This document shows, piece by piece, positions 28,543-41,457 of a stretch of 64,000 nt of DNA (position 1 is its first letter; every line of letters begins with the position of its first letter). This DNA is from Eledone cirrhosa. Lineage: Eukaryota. The notes under the pieces were generated by a model, which ran no database searches, was not told the origin of the DNA, and was given only the letters and a program-made list of their open reading frames with translations. The translations under genes and the position numbers were made by a program. Location: the NCBI GenBank assembly GCA_964016885.1, contig OZ024748.1, forward strand, positions 51,026,001-51,090,000. The letters run 5' to 3'.

Positions 28543-29048
28543 ATTGATGAGGCTAATTTTTTTTACACCTGAAAAAAAAAACATACATGATAATGATGAT
28601 CATACCTCCACACATATAAATAGATGAGGATCATACTGTTTGTTCCTTTTCTTTTCTTTTACACCTGAAGCATTTTGTCACCTTACAGTTTATTATCATT
28701 TGCCACACAAGTCTCCCCTTCCAATAGCACAGATACAAACACATCCACACATAAAAGAACCACCGCCACCACCACCAAAAGCACAGATATCAACACATCC
28801 ATATAGAAAAAAACCAGCGTCGCTACTATGGCCAACACCAACATCATGAAAACACACATCCTAACATTTACAATCTAACCTTACTAACCAGATCCACTAG
28901 AATATCAACCAACACCAATTCCTCCCACCCTTTAATTTTATGAGAGACGCAGTATGATTTGGCTCAATTATTAGTTCAACGTATCTCTTTGCCTAAGGAT
29001 ACATGCAAATATACATTCAAAAATACACATTCACACACACATATATAA

Positions 29049-29086
<38 letters not shown>

Positions 29087-29454
29087 ACGCATGTATGTAC
29101 GTACGTACATATGAATGTATGAATAATATCAAAAATAATATATATCTTTGTGCAAACATACATCAACAGCTATGAATAATTTGAAGAGTAATGCGAATGT
29201 AATGAACCACTCCACAAAAAGAAAATAACAGAATAGGATAAATAACAATAGCAATACATCATAATAATAATAATAACACCAACAGTAATATTAATAATGA
29301 TGATGATGATAACAACAAAAATAATAATATTTAGTGTCTGAAGCTTCCGGCTACGCATGCACAATGCTAAAAAAATGAACCACATATCGTTTTCATCTGT
29401 CTGTACGATCGAATAGACTCTGTCTACACATGATGATAAATTGTGTGTGCAAGT

Positions 29455-30350
29455 GTTTATCACCTTAAAATAAGCCCATTGTATTTCTATACACTTAGTT
29501 CAATGATCTTTCGACTGTTTGAAGCTCGTCTGAATTTTTTTTTCTGCCATATCTCTCAGCTCGGTCATCACAGTCCGCATGATATACACTTGACTCTCAA
29601 AGTAGAAGCCTTTTAGTTGTATTTTCATGTTTGGGGGAGCGACCAAAAATCAGAAAAAAGCTATGTCTGAAAATTAGGGACATCGATGAATAAACAAAAT
29701 TCCTTAAGTAAGTGACACTTTAAAACTCATAGCGAATGGTCTTCTAAATGTGTTTAATTAAACACAGTATATTGCTAAATATACTATACATACATTCATG
29801 TATACATCGCTATTTCAGAGAACCAATACTAATAGAAAATACTTTTCTTTTTTTCAAAAAAAAACATGGATGAGCTAGGGGTATATTCATGATTCAGCTA
29901 CCAGTTTTGTGAGATCCCCATATTTGGTCCCTTGTGCCAAACTGATTCATAAAGAGATCGGATAACCTCCTATTTATACTCATTTGTAATTGTTAGGCCT
30001 TCCGAAGTGTACTCATAATAAACAATGATTTGGTAGTCAGAGATAACAGATAGCTTCATCTTGATTTTGCTTGGTGATGTTAGACACTTCCATGGTGATG
30101 ACTGAGCTTTATTTTCTGTATTATACCTGTACATACACGTCTCGTCTCCAGTGATCACAGATTTCTGGTACTCAGACGAAATGAGGAAGTAGTACAGCAG
30201 CTAACACACAGGCTTCCTGATAAAAGCTGACAGCTCTAGTGAATTCATCAAATACCACACATGTGTATGAATATATGTAGCTGCACTCTGCACACATACG
30301 TTGCTCTAACATCATTACTTCCCAAATACTTATTCAGAAGCCCTTCTTGT
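29455..30350 (-). mobile_element. Decayed mariner (DD34D-type) transposon
   Basis: ORF 29970-30158 ITGDETCMYRYNTENKAQSSPW..SKIKMKL..YYEYTSEGLTITNEY matches the mariner catalytic-domain start; 29460-29650 resembles the C-terminus (MKIQLKGFYFES..TKCIEIQWAYF); TIR-like end near 30325-30348. Confidence 0.85.
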
Positions 30351-30463
30351 GCTGAAAACAACACATTCCGATCAATGTAATATCACAATATGCTCAATAA
30401 ATACTTAAGTAATTAGAAATAAAATATGAATGTTTATAATAAATATACTCAACTGATTTAACC

Positions 30464-30498
30464 ATGTTGGAGAAATCACTTCAATCAAACAGACGTGA

Positions 30499-30533
<35 letters not shown>

Positions 30534-30592
30534 CACGTCTGTTTGATTGAAGTGATTTCTCCAACATTTAAATCTGTTGCCTTCACTTTTCC

Positions 30593-30639
<47 letters not shown>

Positions 30640-30664
30640 CACAATATACGGAAAAGTGAAGGCA
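30464..30664. repeat. Two adjacent (TA)n-centred inverted repeats
   Basis: 37-bp perfect arms 30464-30500 / 30531-30567; 17-bp arms 30578-30594 / 30648-30664. Confidence 0.95.
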
Positions 30665-30878
30665 CGTGGCTGAGTTTTAGAGAATTGTATCTGCGATCGT
30701 GGGGTTGTGAGTTCGATTCCTGGACCAGACGATGCGTTATGTCCTTGAGCAAGGCATTTTATTTCACGTTGTTCCTTCTACCTGGAGTTGCGACCGATAG
30801 ATAGTATTAGCAATTGGAAAGACCAAAAGACCAGCGGAAACATTGTTTCATCGATCAGATTAGACGAAAGTCGATCGA
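30658..30878 (+). mobile_element. tRNA-derived SINE, second family (CORE-like)
   Basis: GGCACGTGGCTGAG..GAGTTCGATTCC (B box)..GTCCTTGAGCAAGGCATTTTATTTCAC. Confidence 0.85.
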
Positions 30879-31639
30879 GTGTCACATATACGGAAAAAAA
30901 AATGAAATATACGGAAAAAAAAATGAAATATATGAAGTGAAAATATAAAACAAACGTAAAAAGCGAACGGGTAAAAGAATTAAAGAAACGATTTTAAGAA
31001 TTGAAACAAATGTAACAAAGAATAACATGAGATATAAATACACATTGATAACTACCTGAAAACCAGCTACAGCATCATCTGAAAAATAAAATTAATGAGA
31101 ATTTAAGACACATGGACCAAACATATGAAGATAAACATCTAAATATAAAAATTAATCCAGACGTTATTCTTTTTAACTAAAGTTAATGGAGAAGGACTGT
31201 GAAATAATTTATAATATTCAACGAACAAGTGCTTTCTCGAGTATCAGAGAATTGATAATGCATGGACATTGTCCTTTGAGATAAGGAAAAGACAAACATG
31301 TATGTATGTATGCAATTATGTATGTATGTATATGTATGTATATTATGTCGGGTCACTCTCGAGCGCTATTGGTAACATGTAACCCAGTACAACCTGTCAT
31401 ATGGTCGGATCGTCGGCGACTAAACCGGCAACCCCACCAACTTTACTTGGTGAGGAAGAGGATTTTCGACACCGTGCAGGACAAAAAACAAAACCGGACA
31501 AAGGGCGGAAGAATTCATAAGAGTCAACGACCATCCAATTATGTGTAAATATGTATATACATGTGTGCATGTGTATATATGTATATGCGTGAATATACAT
31601 GTATGCATGTGTATATATATATATGTATATAGAATTAAT

Positions 31640-31910
31640 CGGGCTGGATGCCCGAACGCGCGGTTAAACCACTAGGAATGAAAGATCCCTAGACTTTGTC
31701 AGGACATTCTTCTACGAGAAGGCAACCCAGGAAACTGGGATAACTCCGACATAAATCCTGCGGCTCAGTAGTTACCGATGATGTTGATTTTTTCTTCTTT
31801 TCAGGTTATAGCTGCTGTCGCTTAGAGAGTGGGATTGGCTCAGTGCACAGTCTTTCCTCACTTTAAAAATATCTTCACGCACAGGCATAGCACGATAGAA
31901 TTAATTAATA
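31640..31910 (+). mobile_element. Possible LINE 5'UTR-derived fragment
   Basis: GC-richer island between TA tracts that resembles RTE 5'UTR sequence by recall only; no second copy in the window. Confidence 0.3.
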
Positions 31911-32011
31911 ATTATTAATAATGGTATGTCGTGCAATGGCCATACTCGATAACGAGGGGGCAGCCTTCATCATGTATATATATTTTTTTTGAGAGAGAGA
32001 GAGTGAGGGCG

Positions 32012-32100
32012 AGAGACAGACAGAAACGTGGGGAAGGGTTAGACAGACAGAAACGTGGGGAAGGGTTAGACATACAGAAACATGGGGAAGGGTTAGACAT
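32012..32100. repeat. 30-bp tandem repeat, 3 copies
   Basis: AGACAGACAGAAACGTGGGGAAGGGTTAG-like unit repeated three times. Confidence 0.85.
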
Positions 32101-32269
32101 GAAGATCTACGGATATATCAACAGAGGAAGAAATATCACTAAGATAGTTAAGAATATATTGTCATCGACAATAGAATATATTCAAATCATACATATACCT
32201 TCAAACTCACAACCACATAAATACAGGTATATATACAGCGTCAAAACACGCACATATATACGTACATAC

Positions 32270-32334
32270 ATGAATATATATATGTGTGTATGTATATATA
32301 TATATATGTGTGTATGTATATATATATATGTGTG

Positions 32335-32373
<39 letters not shown>

Positions 32374-32589
32374 ATATATATATATATGTATGTATGTGTA
32401 TATATATATATGTATGTATGTGTATATATATATGTATGTATGTGTTTATATATATGTATATATATATATATGTATATATATATGTATGTATGTGTTTATA
32501 TATATGTATATATATATATATGTATATATATATATACGTATGTATATATATATATATGTATATATATACATACATATATATATACATAC

Positions 32590-32620
<31 letters not shown>

Positions 32621-33083
32621 CGTACATATATATATATTTGTATATATATATATATTTATATATATTATGTATATGCATATGTATGTATATATATATTTAT
32701 ATATATTATGTATATGTATGTAAATATATATATTTATATATATTATGTATATGTATATGTATGTATGTATATATATATATATACATATACATATATGAAG
32801 ACAAATCATTTTTTACTGCTTTCCCTCCTCACAGACCACATCAACATATCATCACATTCCTTGACTCTAGTATCTCACCTTCCCACTAAGATTTCCATTA
32901 ATATTATTAAAAAATGAAGTTCAAAGAGACGGAAATTGAACAAATTCTTTAGACCATAATAAAGTGGATCACAAAACGTTTCAGAAAACTGGCAAGCAGA
33001 CCCTCAAGTAAAATGATTTCAAAAAGTGTATATATATGTGATGCGGTATGTAAGTACGTATATATATATATATATATATATTC

Positions 33084-33114
<31 letters not shown>

Positions 33115-33520
33115 CACATAGGCATGCATATAGATATATGTACATACGTGGATGTGTGCATACGTATGATTATATATATATATATATATGCAAATATATA
33201 TAAATATATACATGCATATATAAAAGATATATATATATATATATATATATATGCATACATATATATCGATAGATAGATTAAATATATATGTACAGATATA
33301 TATGTATATGCAAATATATATAAATATATACATGCATATATAAAAGATATATATATATATATATGCATACATATATATCGATAGATAGATTAAATATATA
33401 TGTACAGATATATATGTATATGTATACATATATATACACATATATATATATATATATACATGCATATATATATATATATATATACGTATATATATATATG
33501 CATATATTTATATATATACA

Positions 33521-33582
<62 letters not shown>

Positions 33583-33597
33583 TATATATATATATAT
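32270..33597. repeat. Long degenerate (TA)/(TG)/(TATG) low-complexity field
   Basis: Direct inspection; interrupted by unique sequence at about 32795-33025. Confidence 0.95.
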
Positions 33598-33919
33598 TTC
33601 TGATAAACGAAATCAGTCCTTTCTTTTAGAATCGTCTAACATCGTGAAACCTTGGGTAGATATGCATATATACATACATACATATATATATATATATATC
33701 ATCATCATTTTACGTCCGCTTTCCGTGCCTGTAAGGGCGGGACGAGATGCCTACATGCCTACTTTACAGTATGGACTGGGTGCTTTGTGTTGGTACACCT
33801 GCACAACCACTTTACTGTGTGGACTGAAGGTTTCACTTGATGTATACTTCAATTTGACCTCATATCGAATGTATGGGAGTGGGTGACCTGGGGCATGCTA
33901 TATATTTGCTTTAGTTACA

Positions 33920-34012
33920 GCTGTGCCTGTGGGAAAGACTTGGGATGAGATGATATAAACTGACCTTGCCAAATTACGCCTCTCAAATATGATGACACAG
34001 GACCGAGATCTC
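33920..34012 (+). mobile_element. RTE LINE 3' fragment
   Basis: AAGACTTGGGATGAG..CTGACCTTGC..CCTCTCAAA is homologous to 38790-38865(-); encodes KTWDEMI*TDLAKLRLS. Confidence 0.7.
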
Positions 34013-34177
34013 ATTTATATATAAATATATTTATATATATTGTTATACTTTGGGAGGGTCATGTTGCCAATAAGAAACACACGCACCATTGCTTTCACTT
34101 CAATTTATTATATATTTATAAATTTATAAATTTCTGGTTGGTTGGTTGGTTCCACAACCAGATAGTTGTTTATATAT

Positions 34178-34222
34178 AGTCATAGTTCTTTCGTCACACA
34201 CTCAGTGACCTCTTCAGTGACT
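34178..34222 (-). ncRNA. Type I minimal hammerhead ribozyme
   Basis: AGTCA-CTGAAGA-g-GTCAC-tgagtgt-GTGAC-GAAA-gaac-TA-TGACT: perfect 5-bp helices I and II, intact core, CUA cleavage triplet, very short helix III. Confidence 0.75.
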
Positions 34223-34421
34223 GGGGATTCCTTTCTTTGTTTCTGTGCCTCTCCTTTGTTCTGTCCTACGCCATTTTGTTTCTGTATAACAATATCGGTT
34301 TCAACACACGAAATATTTATATATAATTTTTTTGTTGTTGGTTACTTACCGACACTTCAGTATGCAGATTAGAGCACTCGGTGGAGTGTGCAGCTGAGTC
34401 TGTTTCCACTGGAGTAATTTT

Positions 34422-34743
34422 AAACAAGATGTGTAAATCAACAGATTAAAATTAACTTTGTTTATTTATATTCACTGCAATATATATTTCGGTGATAACC
34501 ATAATTCAATGGTTATGACCTCATCAGGCATCTAGAACGAATATGTCCTTGGATTAACAACACCACTTCCCTGATCTGGGAATATCAACGTATTAACAAG
34601 GTAAACTTTATTCCACCATTATGTTTCCCTGTTTTTTCTGTTCAAGTTCTAACTGCCTGTTGAGGTCATAACTGGAATATATATATATTGCAGTGAATAT
34701 GAATAAACGAAAAATTAATTTTAACCTGTTGACTTACACTTCT

Positions 34744-34748
<5 letters not shown>
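34422..34748. mobile_element. Fold-back element with a hammerhead in each arm (inverted Penelope pLTR-like)
   Basis: Diverged arms 34422-34538 and 34646-34748; right arm copy ACTGC-CTGTTGA-GGTCATAAC..GGAATATATATATT-GCAGT has a helix II deletion; abuts (TA)n. Confidence 0.75.
34476..34530 (-). ncRNA. Type I hammerhead ribozyme with palindromic helix III
   Basis: TGC-CTGATGA-GGTCATAACCAT-tgaatt-ATGGTTATCACC-GAAA-TATATA-TT-GCA. Confidence 0.8.
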
Positions 34749-34793
<45 letters not shown>

Positions 34794-34891
34794 GAAATAA
34801 TGAAAACAATGAAATTATACAAAATACGGGTAATTCATAGTAAAACTCATTATTTTACGATCGTTTCTGGGGGGTAGTTCTCCGTATGTTC

Positions 34892-34947
<56 letters not shown>

Positions 34948-35701
34948 ATCACATTCATATATACACAAAAATATCCTTACAGATATATACATGCAAATAT
35001 ATATAAGAGCAAGGCATAACATGGATGATCTGTCTAACTCATGCAAGTGGAGAACATTGATGATGTTGATCATCATCATCTTCCAATGTGTCCTTAACAA
35101 CTTGTTGGTGAGTTTATGGTACAATTTGAAGAACATTTAACTGTTACTTTTAACAGTTAGTGTGAATGACAAGATTCCGCACCAGATCCATATCCCCTCT
35201 TTTATTCTTTATTTATTTCTCTCTCACTCTCTTTGTCTTTCTTCCTCTCTCTCTCCCTCCATTACTTCTCATCCTCTCTCTCCCACCCATCTCTCTCTCT
35301 CTTGCTCTCTCTTATTTAGGCATCTATTGTAAACAATAATGTATCTCTTTCTGTTGGAAGTACAATAATGTATCTCTTTATTTGGGGAGTTTTCTCTGGA
35401 AATAGGGTTGAGAATTAATAACAAATATTTCTCCCCCTCTGTGTTGACAGCAAGGTAACAGGTATCAACGGAAACCTATAAGGGTATATTTAAAAGGCAA
35501 ACAATAAATTCCCCTTAGATAGAAACAACAACAGAAAGAAAGTAAGAATGGGAAAGAACCGAACAGCAGAACATAAATGAATACAGAATCTAATGAATTA
35601 TAATATGGAAGAGATAAATGTAAAGGGTTTTAATTGAAACCATGAAATCATACTCAAAATTGATAAAATTAAAATATAGATTTCCTGATTATATATATAT
35701 A

Positions 35702-35756
<55 letters not shown>

Positions 35757-35831
35757 GTTTATAAATATATATATATATATGTGTATGTTTATATATATGT
35801 GTGTGATATACATATATATGTTATATATATG

Positions 35832-35866
<35 letters not shown>

Positions 35867-36294
35867 CACATATATATATATACATATATATATATACACA
35901 CATATTTATATAGCATATATGTATGTCCATATGCAGGAATGTGTGCATTTATCTATTTAGATAATAATTAATGCTAACATAGATATTTGATATTGCTAAA
36001 TGAAAAAAGTAACAAGCAAGATAAAAGAAAGAAGAAAAAATATATTTTTCTCAACAGATTTTCATATGGATTTGGCTGTAGATGAATCTAATTAAATATA
36101 TGATTGTGATGGCAATTTTGTAAAACAATGATTCAGAGTAACATTACTGTGGAGCTTTAGGGGATGGTGATGTGAACACAATATAACCTCATACAACAAC
36201 CACAACAACAACAAAGAATCATAGAGTGAAACAGAATTTTAGATGATAGTTAATCATCATCTTAAAGGAAAAAAAGTAAAACCAATGTTTTACA

Positions 36295-36552
36295 TCATCA
36301 TCATCAACATGCCCATTTAATGTCCATTTTTTTATGTTAGCATGGGGTCAGCGAGTTATCCCATTTCAGACAACTCAGGTCAGGTGACTGTGTTTTGTTC
36401 ATACGGAACTGTTTTTGACTTGGTTTCTATGGCTGGATCCCCTATGGCTAACCACATTTACAGTGAGTACCGATTGCCTTTTATCATGGCACCGAAATTA
36501 CCAATTTACAGATGGTTGTTGTCATGATACCAACATATCCACTTTACAGTGT
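36295..36552 (-). mobile_element. SINE, third family, with (GAT)n tail
   Basis: Reverse-complement homologue of 37620-37870 (CACTGTAAA..GGTT(A/G)GC..GCCATAGAAA..CCCATGCTA..GATGATG); partial copies at 18270-18310, 33700-33830, 40365-40420, 45080-45245, 57545-57595 and 60628-60680. Confidence 0.7.
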
Positions 36553-37583
36553 CTGGTGGCTGTGATGGGGCGGTGTAAAAATGTGGTTGAATGGTGGGGT
36601 GTTAAGACATGAATGTAGTGTTAGGGCATCGGAGATGCATGGAAAGGGTAAGGGAAGGGCACAGTACTGCATACTAGAGGTATGCACATGAGAAAGCTGG
36701 TCTTCTGTATTACTGAATAATGCCAAAGATCTCAATCCTGTGTCATAGTCCATAGCTTATATAATGCAATACTATAAAATATGGTACATTACAGTATATG
36801 ATACAAGCCAGAGATTGACAACACAACACATAGGATAAATGTATTTAAAAATTAAAGAAAGAAATTTATGATTCTTTAACCCTTCACATTAGTCTATATA
36901 TACCATTGTATTTTCATGGTAAACATTTTACTCCACAGAATTATCTCACATAATGTCGAATCTAGGAGAATTTGATATCATTTATTTTCAGAACAATACC
37001 TTAACGTTGGTATGAGCGGCCAGTTACAACCAATTTGAACAGAAAGATAGAGAATTCTGGCTGATTATGGGCGGTTTAAATGCAAAAAGGTTAATGTCTA
37101 GGGACAGAGATCATCTGGGGTCTTGATGGCACCCAGTACAAAAAGGAAACAGTTAGTCTTGTCTCAGTATTTAGCTGCCTTCGTCTCCTTGATATTATGA
37201 GCAGTGGTGCCCATGTTTGAAGCCAATACAATACATATGATACAATACAATGTAATATAATATACAATAGAATGAAATATAACTGCAAAACAAGAGTGAA
37301 GTATCACAAAGCAATGAAAGGTAAACTTAATTAATAATCTTTCATATTGGCTAGAAAATTAGGAGTGAGGATTTCCTAGCTACAGGTAAGATGGACTGTA
37401 GATAATTAAGTTACTCATCTTTTCTATTGTTTGTAATAAAGACTATCACATTGACTGCTTCTTATATTCTAAACAATCATGTTTGTACAAGACATACAAA
37501 TATCATTTTTCTCTCAAAACTTTTGATAACCCACCCAATTATTCAGTCACTCACTCATTCTCTCACTTGTTTTCAATACCTCT

Positions 37584-37617
<34 letters not shown>

Positions 37618-37619
37618 AG

Positions 37620-37870
37620 GCCACACTCTAAAGTGATCATGTAGGTGTCATGACAAAAAGCACCCTGCCCACACTGTAAAGCGGTGACGTAGGAGGCTCA
37701 ACACACACTGTAAATGTGGTTGGCATTAGGAGGGGCGCCAAGCCATAGAAAACCAGCCAGAAGCAGTCGTATATGAGTGAGACATGGTCACCTGATGCAG
37801 CTTGCCTCTAATGGAACAAACCCATCTAACCCATGCTAGCGTGGAAAATATCCGTTAAACAATGATGATG
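37620..37870 (+). mobile_element. SINE, third family, with (GAT)n tail
   Basis: ACACTGTAAATGTGGTTGGCATTAGGAGGGGC..AGCCATAGAAAACC..ACCCATGCTAGCGTGGAAAATATCCGTTAAACAATGATGATG. Confidence 0.75.
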
Positions 37871-37915
37871 ATATATATACATATACACACATACACACAT
37901 ATAGTAGCAGAAGTA

Positions 37916-38133
37916 ATAACGGTTTCTGATTTAGGCACAAAACCAACAATTTGGGGGCGGGAAAGCCGATCAAATAAAACCCAGTGCATTACTGGTACTT
38001 TATTTTATCGACCACGTAAGGGTGAAAGGCGAAACTAACCTCAGCAGGATTTAAACTCAGAACAAAAAGTGATAAAACTATATGCGACAAAGCATATTGT
38101 CTGACGCTCTACCGATACTGCCAATCCACCACC
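37916..38133 (-). mobile_element. Meta-SINE-like SINE copy
   Basis: Matches the family unit. Confidence 0.85.
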
Positions 38134-38244
38134 CTCTATTAGTAGTAGTAGTAGTAGTAATAATACATAGATTGAAACTACAAAAATAATTTATTGTTAT
38201 GCAAGATTTTCTAAATAAATTTGAATACATTATATGAAACTACA

Positions 38245-38583
38245 TTTACAGTGTGTGCTGAATGCTTTTTGTCGTGTCACCTACACGACCACATTACAGT
38301 GTGGACTGGGTATCTTTTGTTGTGTCACCTACACGACCACATTACAGTGTGGACTGGGTATCTTTTGTTGTGTCACCTACACGACCTCATTACAGTGTGG
38401 ACTGGGTACCTTTTGTTGTGACAACTACACGATCACTTTACAGTGTGGACTGGGTACCTTTTGTTGTGACAACTACACGATCACATTACAGTGAGGATTG
38501 GACACTTTTTGTCGTGACACCTACACGAGCACTTTACAGTAAGGACTGGGCACCTTTGTCATGTCACCAACACGACCACTTTG
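38245..38583. repeat. 48-bp minisatellite (about 7 copies) derived from the third SINE family
   Basis: ATTACAGTGTGGACTGGGTATCTTTTGTTGTGTCACCTACACGACCAC at 38293, 38341, 38389 and onward; similar single-unit sequence at 33762-33825 and 45080-45135(-). Confidence 0.9.
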
Positions 38584-38754
38584 CAAACTTCCTCCCCTCT
38601 CCCTAGTCTTAAGACTAGGGAGGAAGCTTGGGAAAATTTCGAACAAGGTAGTAGGGAGGTATGGTTACTGCTAAGGGAGATGAATGAGAGGGGAGAAGGT
38701 TGAGGAAGGTGTTACCTACTAGGTGTAAGCCTCAGCCTGAGAATAATAGAGGGC

Positions 38755-39175
38755 AGGTTTTCTGTAAAATTGCTTAGCGCCAGAGGCCGCAGTCCTGTGA
38801 TCTTGCCTTTGAGAGGTGTAATTGTGCAAGGTCAGCTTTTATTACCTCATCCCAAGTCTTCCTATGCCTGCCCACTCCACGGCTACCACCAACTTTGAGC
38901 ACTTTGCACCTTTTTATACAGCTGTCATCCTTCATATGCATCACATGTCCATACCTACCAATGCAATCTCCCCTCCTTCACGCAACAACTGATGCCTCTT
39001 ATGCCTAATTTCTCATGCAGTGTATTTATACTTTGCCATTCATGTATATTGCTATTGCACATCCAGCAAAGCATGGAGGCTTCATTTCTTTCCAACCTTC
39101 GCAGGTCCTCAGCACACAGTACCCAGGTTTCACTGCTGTGCAACATTGTTGATTGTATACATGCATCATACAGTC
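38755..39175 (-). mobile_element. RTE LINE ORF C-terminal remnant
   Basis: LYDACIQSTMLHSSETWVL..DLRRLERNEASMLCWMCN..LHEKLGIRGI..RLHW, then GRHRKTWDEVIKADL. Confidence 0.9.
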
Positions 39176-39829
39176 TGTGAGTGTGTGTATAAAACTTGTA
39201 AATAAAACATTTATAATATAATATTGATCTTTAATACTTGGTGGTTGTTTCTAATTAAACCTCAGAGTTTCCATGGGTTCAGCTAGTGTTATATAAATAA
39301 AACTAAATGAAAAATAAAGTAAAACATACTTTAAATAAAATACAAATAATAAAATATAGATTAAAATAAAAAGAGAAAACAAAATAAGCCCCTAAATCTC
39401 AACTAATGATAGCGTGACAAAAACGGAAAAATTTGTTAAAAGGCTGATATAAAATAGTAATATGCAAAAACGAAATGGATTCAAGAATTCCATATATGCT
39501 TGTGAGTGGATATGTAAATAATTGTGTATGTGTATGTGTGTGTGTATGTATATGTGTATGTTAAAGACTTTGATTTATTGTTTTTTTTTTTAATTTTATA
39601 TGTATATTTTTGTGGCATTAATGTTTGATGGTAAAACAAGCTGGTAATTAATTCCACCATGTTAACCTTACCAATTTCACCACAGCACTCCACATGGCAC
39701 CACACCACATCACATCACACCATACGATACTACTTGAGGAAGGGTTTTATGTGGTTGCTCAAGTTGCTAGAAATAGCAGTGAAATATCTCTCAAATCATA
39801 CTTCAATGTTTGAAAAATAAGTATGCTAA

Positions 39830-39992
39830 ATAATCGTTTCTACTTTTGGCACAAGGCCAGCAATTATCCCAGTGCATTACTGGTACTTTATTTTATCGAC
39901 CCCATAAGGATGAAAGGCAAAGTTAACCTTGGCGGGATTTGAACTCATACCGAAAAGGGACGTAACTCTATGCTCAAAGGGACGTAACTCTA
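39830..39992 (-). mobile_element. Meta-SINE-like SINE copy (5' truncated)
   Basis: Matches the family core. Confidence 0.85.
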
Positions 39993-40421
39993 TAAGTATG
40001 CTCAATAATGCAGTTATTTGTGTACTGTGTATTTTGCACCAGTCACTGTTGACACCTCAGGTATCCTCAGACCCTGTAGATCTGACCTCCTTTATAAAAA
40101 CAATGACAGAAGCACATCTGAGGAAGGAGCCCCACGAGGTGGAGTAGCTCTTGCCGTAGGTGTTGCTGGACATCATCTGTGGGGCACAACTGAAACACCA
40201 ATCTGACTTAGGTGTAGAGTCTGTCACCCTCTTCTCCTGCCCCTTTCTTTTGTTGCTTAACAATCCTAGCCCTTTCCCTCCCTTTCCACCCCTTAGTTGA
40301 AGGTATATGATAAATAAATTGTAAAGTAAAAAAAAGAAATAAAAAATAAAATTTTAAAAAATGAGGTTGGTGTTAGGAAGGGCATCCAGGTGTAGAAATC
40401 AAGCCAGAATCAGTTCTTGTA

Positions 40422-40695
40422 TGAGGTTGGTAGGAGGTAAAGTGGTAGGGTGGTAGGGATGTAGGATGGTGGGAGGTAGGTTGGTAGGAGGTAGGGTGGT
40501 AGGAGGTAGAGTGGTGAGAGGTAGGTTGGTAGGGCAGTAGGGAGGTCGGTTGGTAGGGTGGTATGAGGTGGGGTGGTGAGAGGTAGGTTGGTAGGGCAGT
40601 AGGGAGGGAGGTTGGTAGGGGGTAGGGGTAGGGTGGTAGGAGGTGGGCTGGTGGGAGTCAGGTTGGTATGATGTAGGAGGTAGGGAGCTAGGGAG
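40422..40695. repeat. G-rich low-complexity tract (GGTAG/GGTTGGTAGG-like)
   Basis: Direct inspection. Confidence 0.85.
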
Positions 40696-40714
40696 GTACG
40701 TACTTGCATACATA

Positions 40715-40905
40715 GGTATGAAAGTCGAGTGAAAAATTTCATAGGCCGACTATGAAGGAGTGATGCTAGAGCTGTGAAATCTTGCATGCATTGATCTCAA
40801 CTCTTCTAATTAATAACTGCATTGTTTTTTTTGAAGGGCCTATGTTGAAAAATAAACCTCATTTGGTCATTCCATGAGAGTATCTTGGTCAGCCTTGGAA
40901 CACAT
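40715..40905 (+). mobile_element. Mariner-derived non-autonomous element
   Basis: TCAACTCTTCT..TTAATAACTGCATTG..CTATGTTGAAAAATAAA..CATTCCATGA.AGTATC.TGGTCAGC is shared with 44685-44807; YVEK* is a mariner transposase terminus. Confidence 0.65.
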
Positions 40906-41224
40906 TGCAGAGAGAGAGAGACTGATAGATAGGTAGATAGAGAGAGGTGGTGTAGGGGAGAGAGGGGTGTAGGGGAGAGAGGGGTGTAGGGGGAGAGAGA
41001 GAGTGTGTGTGTGTAAAGTAGAGAGAGAGGAAGAGATAGAGACAGAGAGAAAGAGAAAGGGGTAGAGGGGAGAGAGTGAGTGTGTGTGAGAGAGAGAGAG
41101 AAGCAGGATTAATGAAAAAAAGTGAAAGAATGTAAAAATAGAATAAATGAAATAAATAGAAATAAAGGACAAAAAAATAACAGAAAGCAAATGAAAAGAA
41201 AGGGAGAACAAAGAAAGGGAGAAA

Positions 41225-41375
41225 GAACAGAAGAAAGAAGGAAAGAAAGAAAGAAGGAAAGAAAGAAAGAAGGAAAGAAGGAAAGAAAGAAGGAAAGAAA
41301 GAAGGAAAGAAAGAAGGAAAGAAAGAAAGAAAGAAAGAAAGAAGGAAAGAAAGACTGAAAGAAAGAAAGAAAGAC
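41225..41375. repeat. (GAAA/GAAG)n purine tract
   Basis: Direct inspection. Confidence 0.95.
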
Positions 41376-41457
41376 AAAGACAAAAAAAAGAAAACAAAGA
41401 ACGAAAACAACATCCTTGAAATAAATTTTCTTCGTGATTAAAATTTGAACAGAAATT

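Noticed and set aside
31931-32917. 328-aa ORF and the many similar YI/CV/ER-rich ORFs
   Set aside because: Translations of dinucleotide microsatellites that lack stop codons
40018-40263. GC-richer island with short overlapping ORFs
   Set aside because: No motif recognised in any frame; cannot assign
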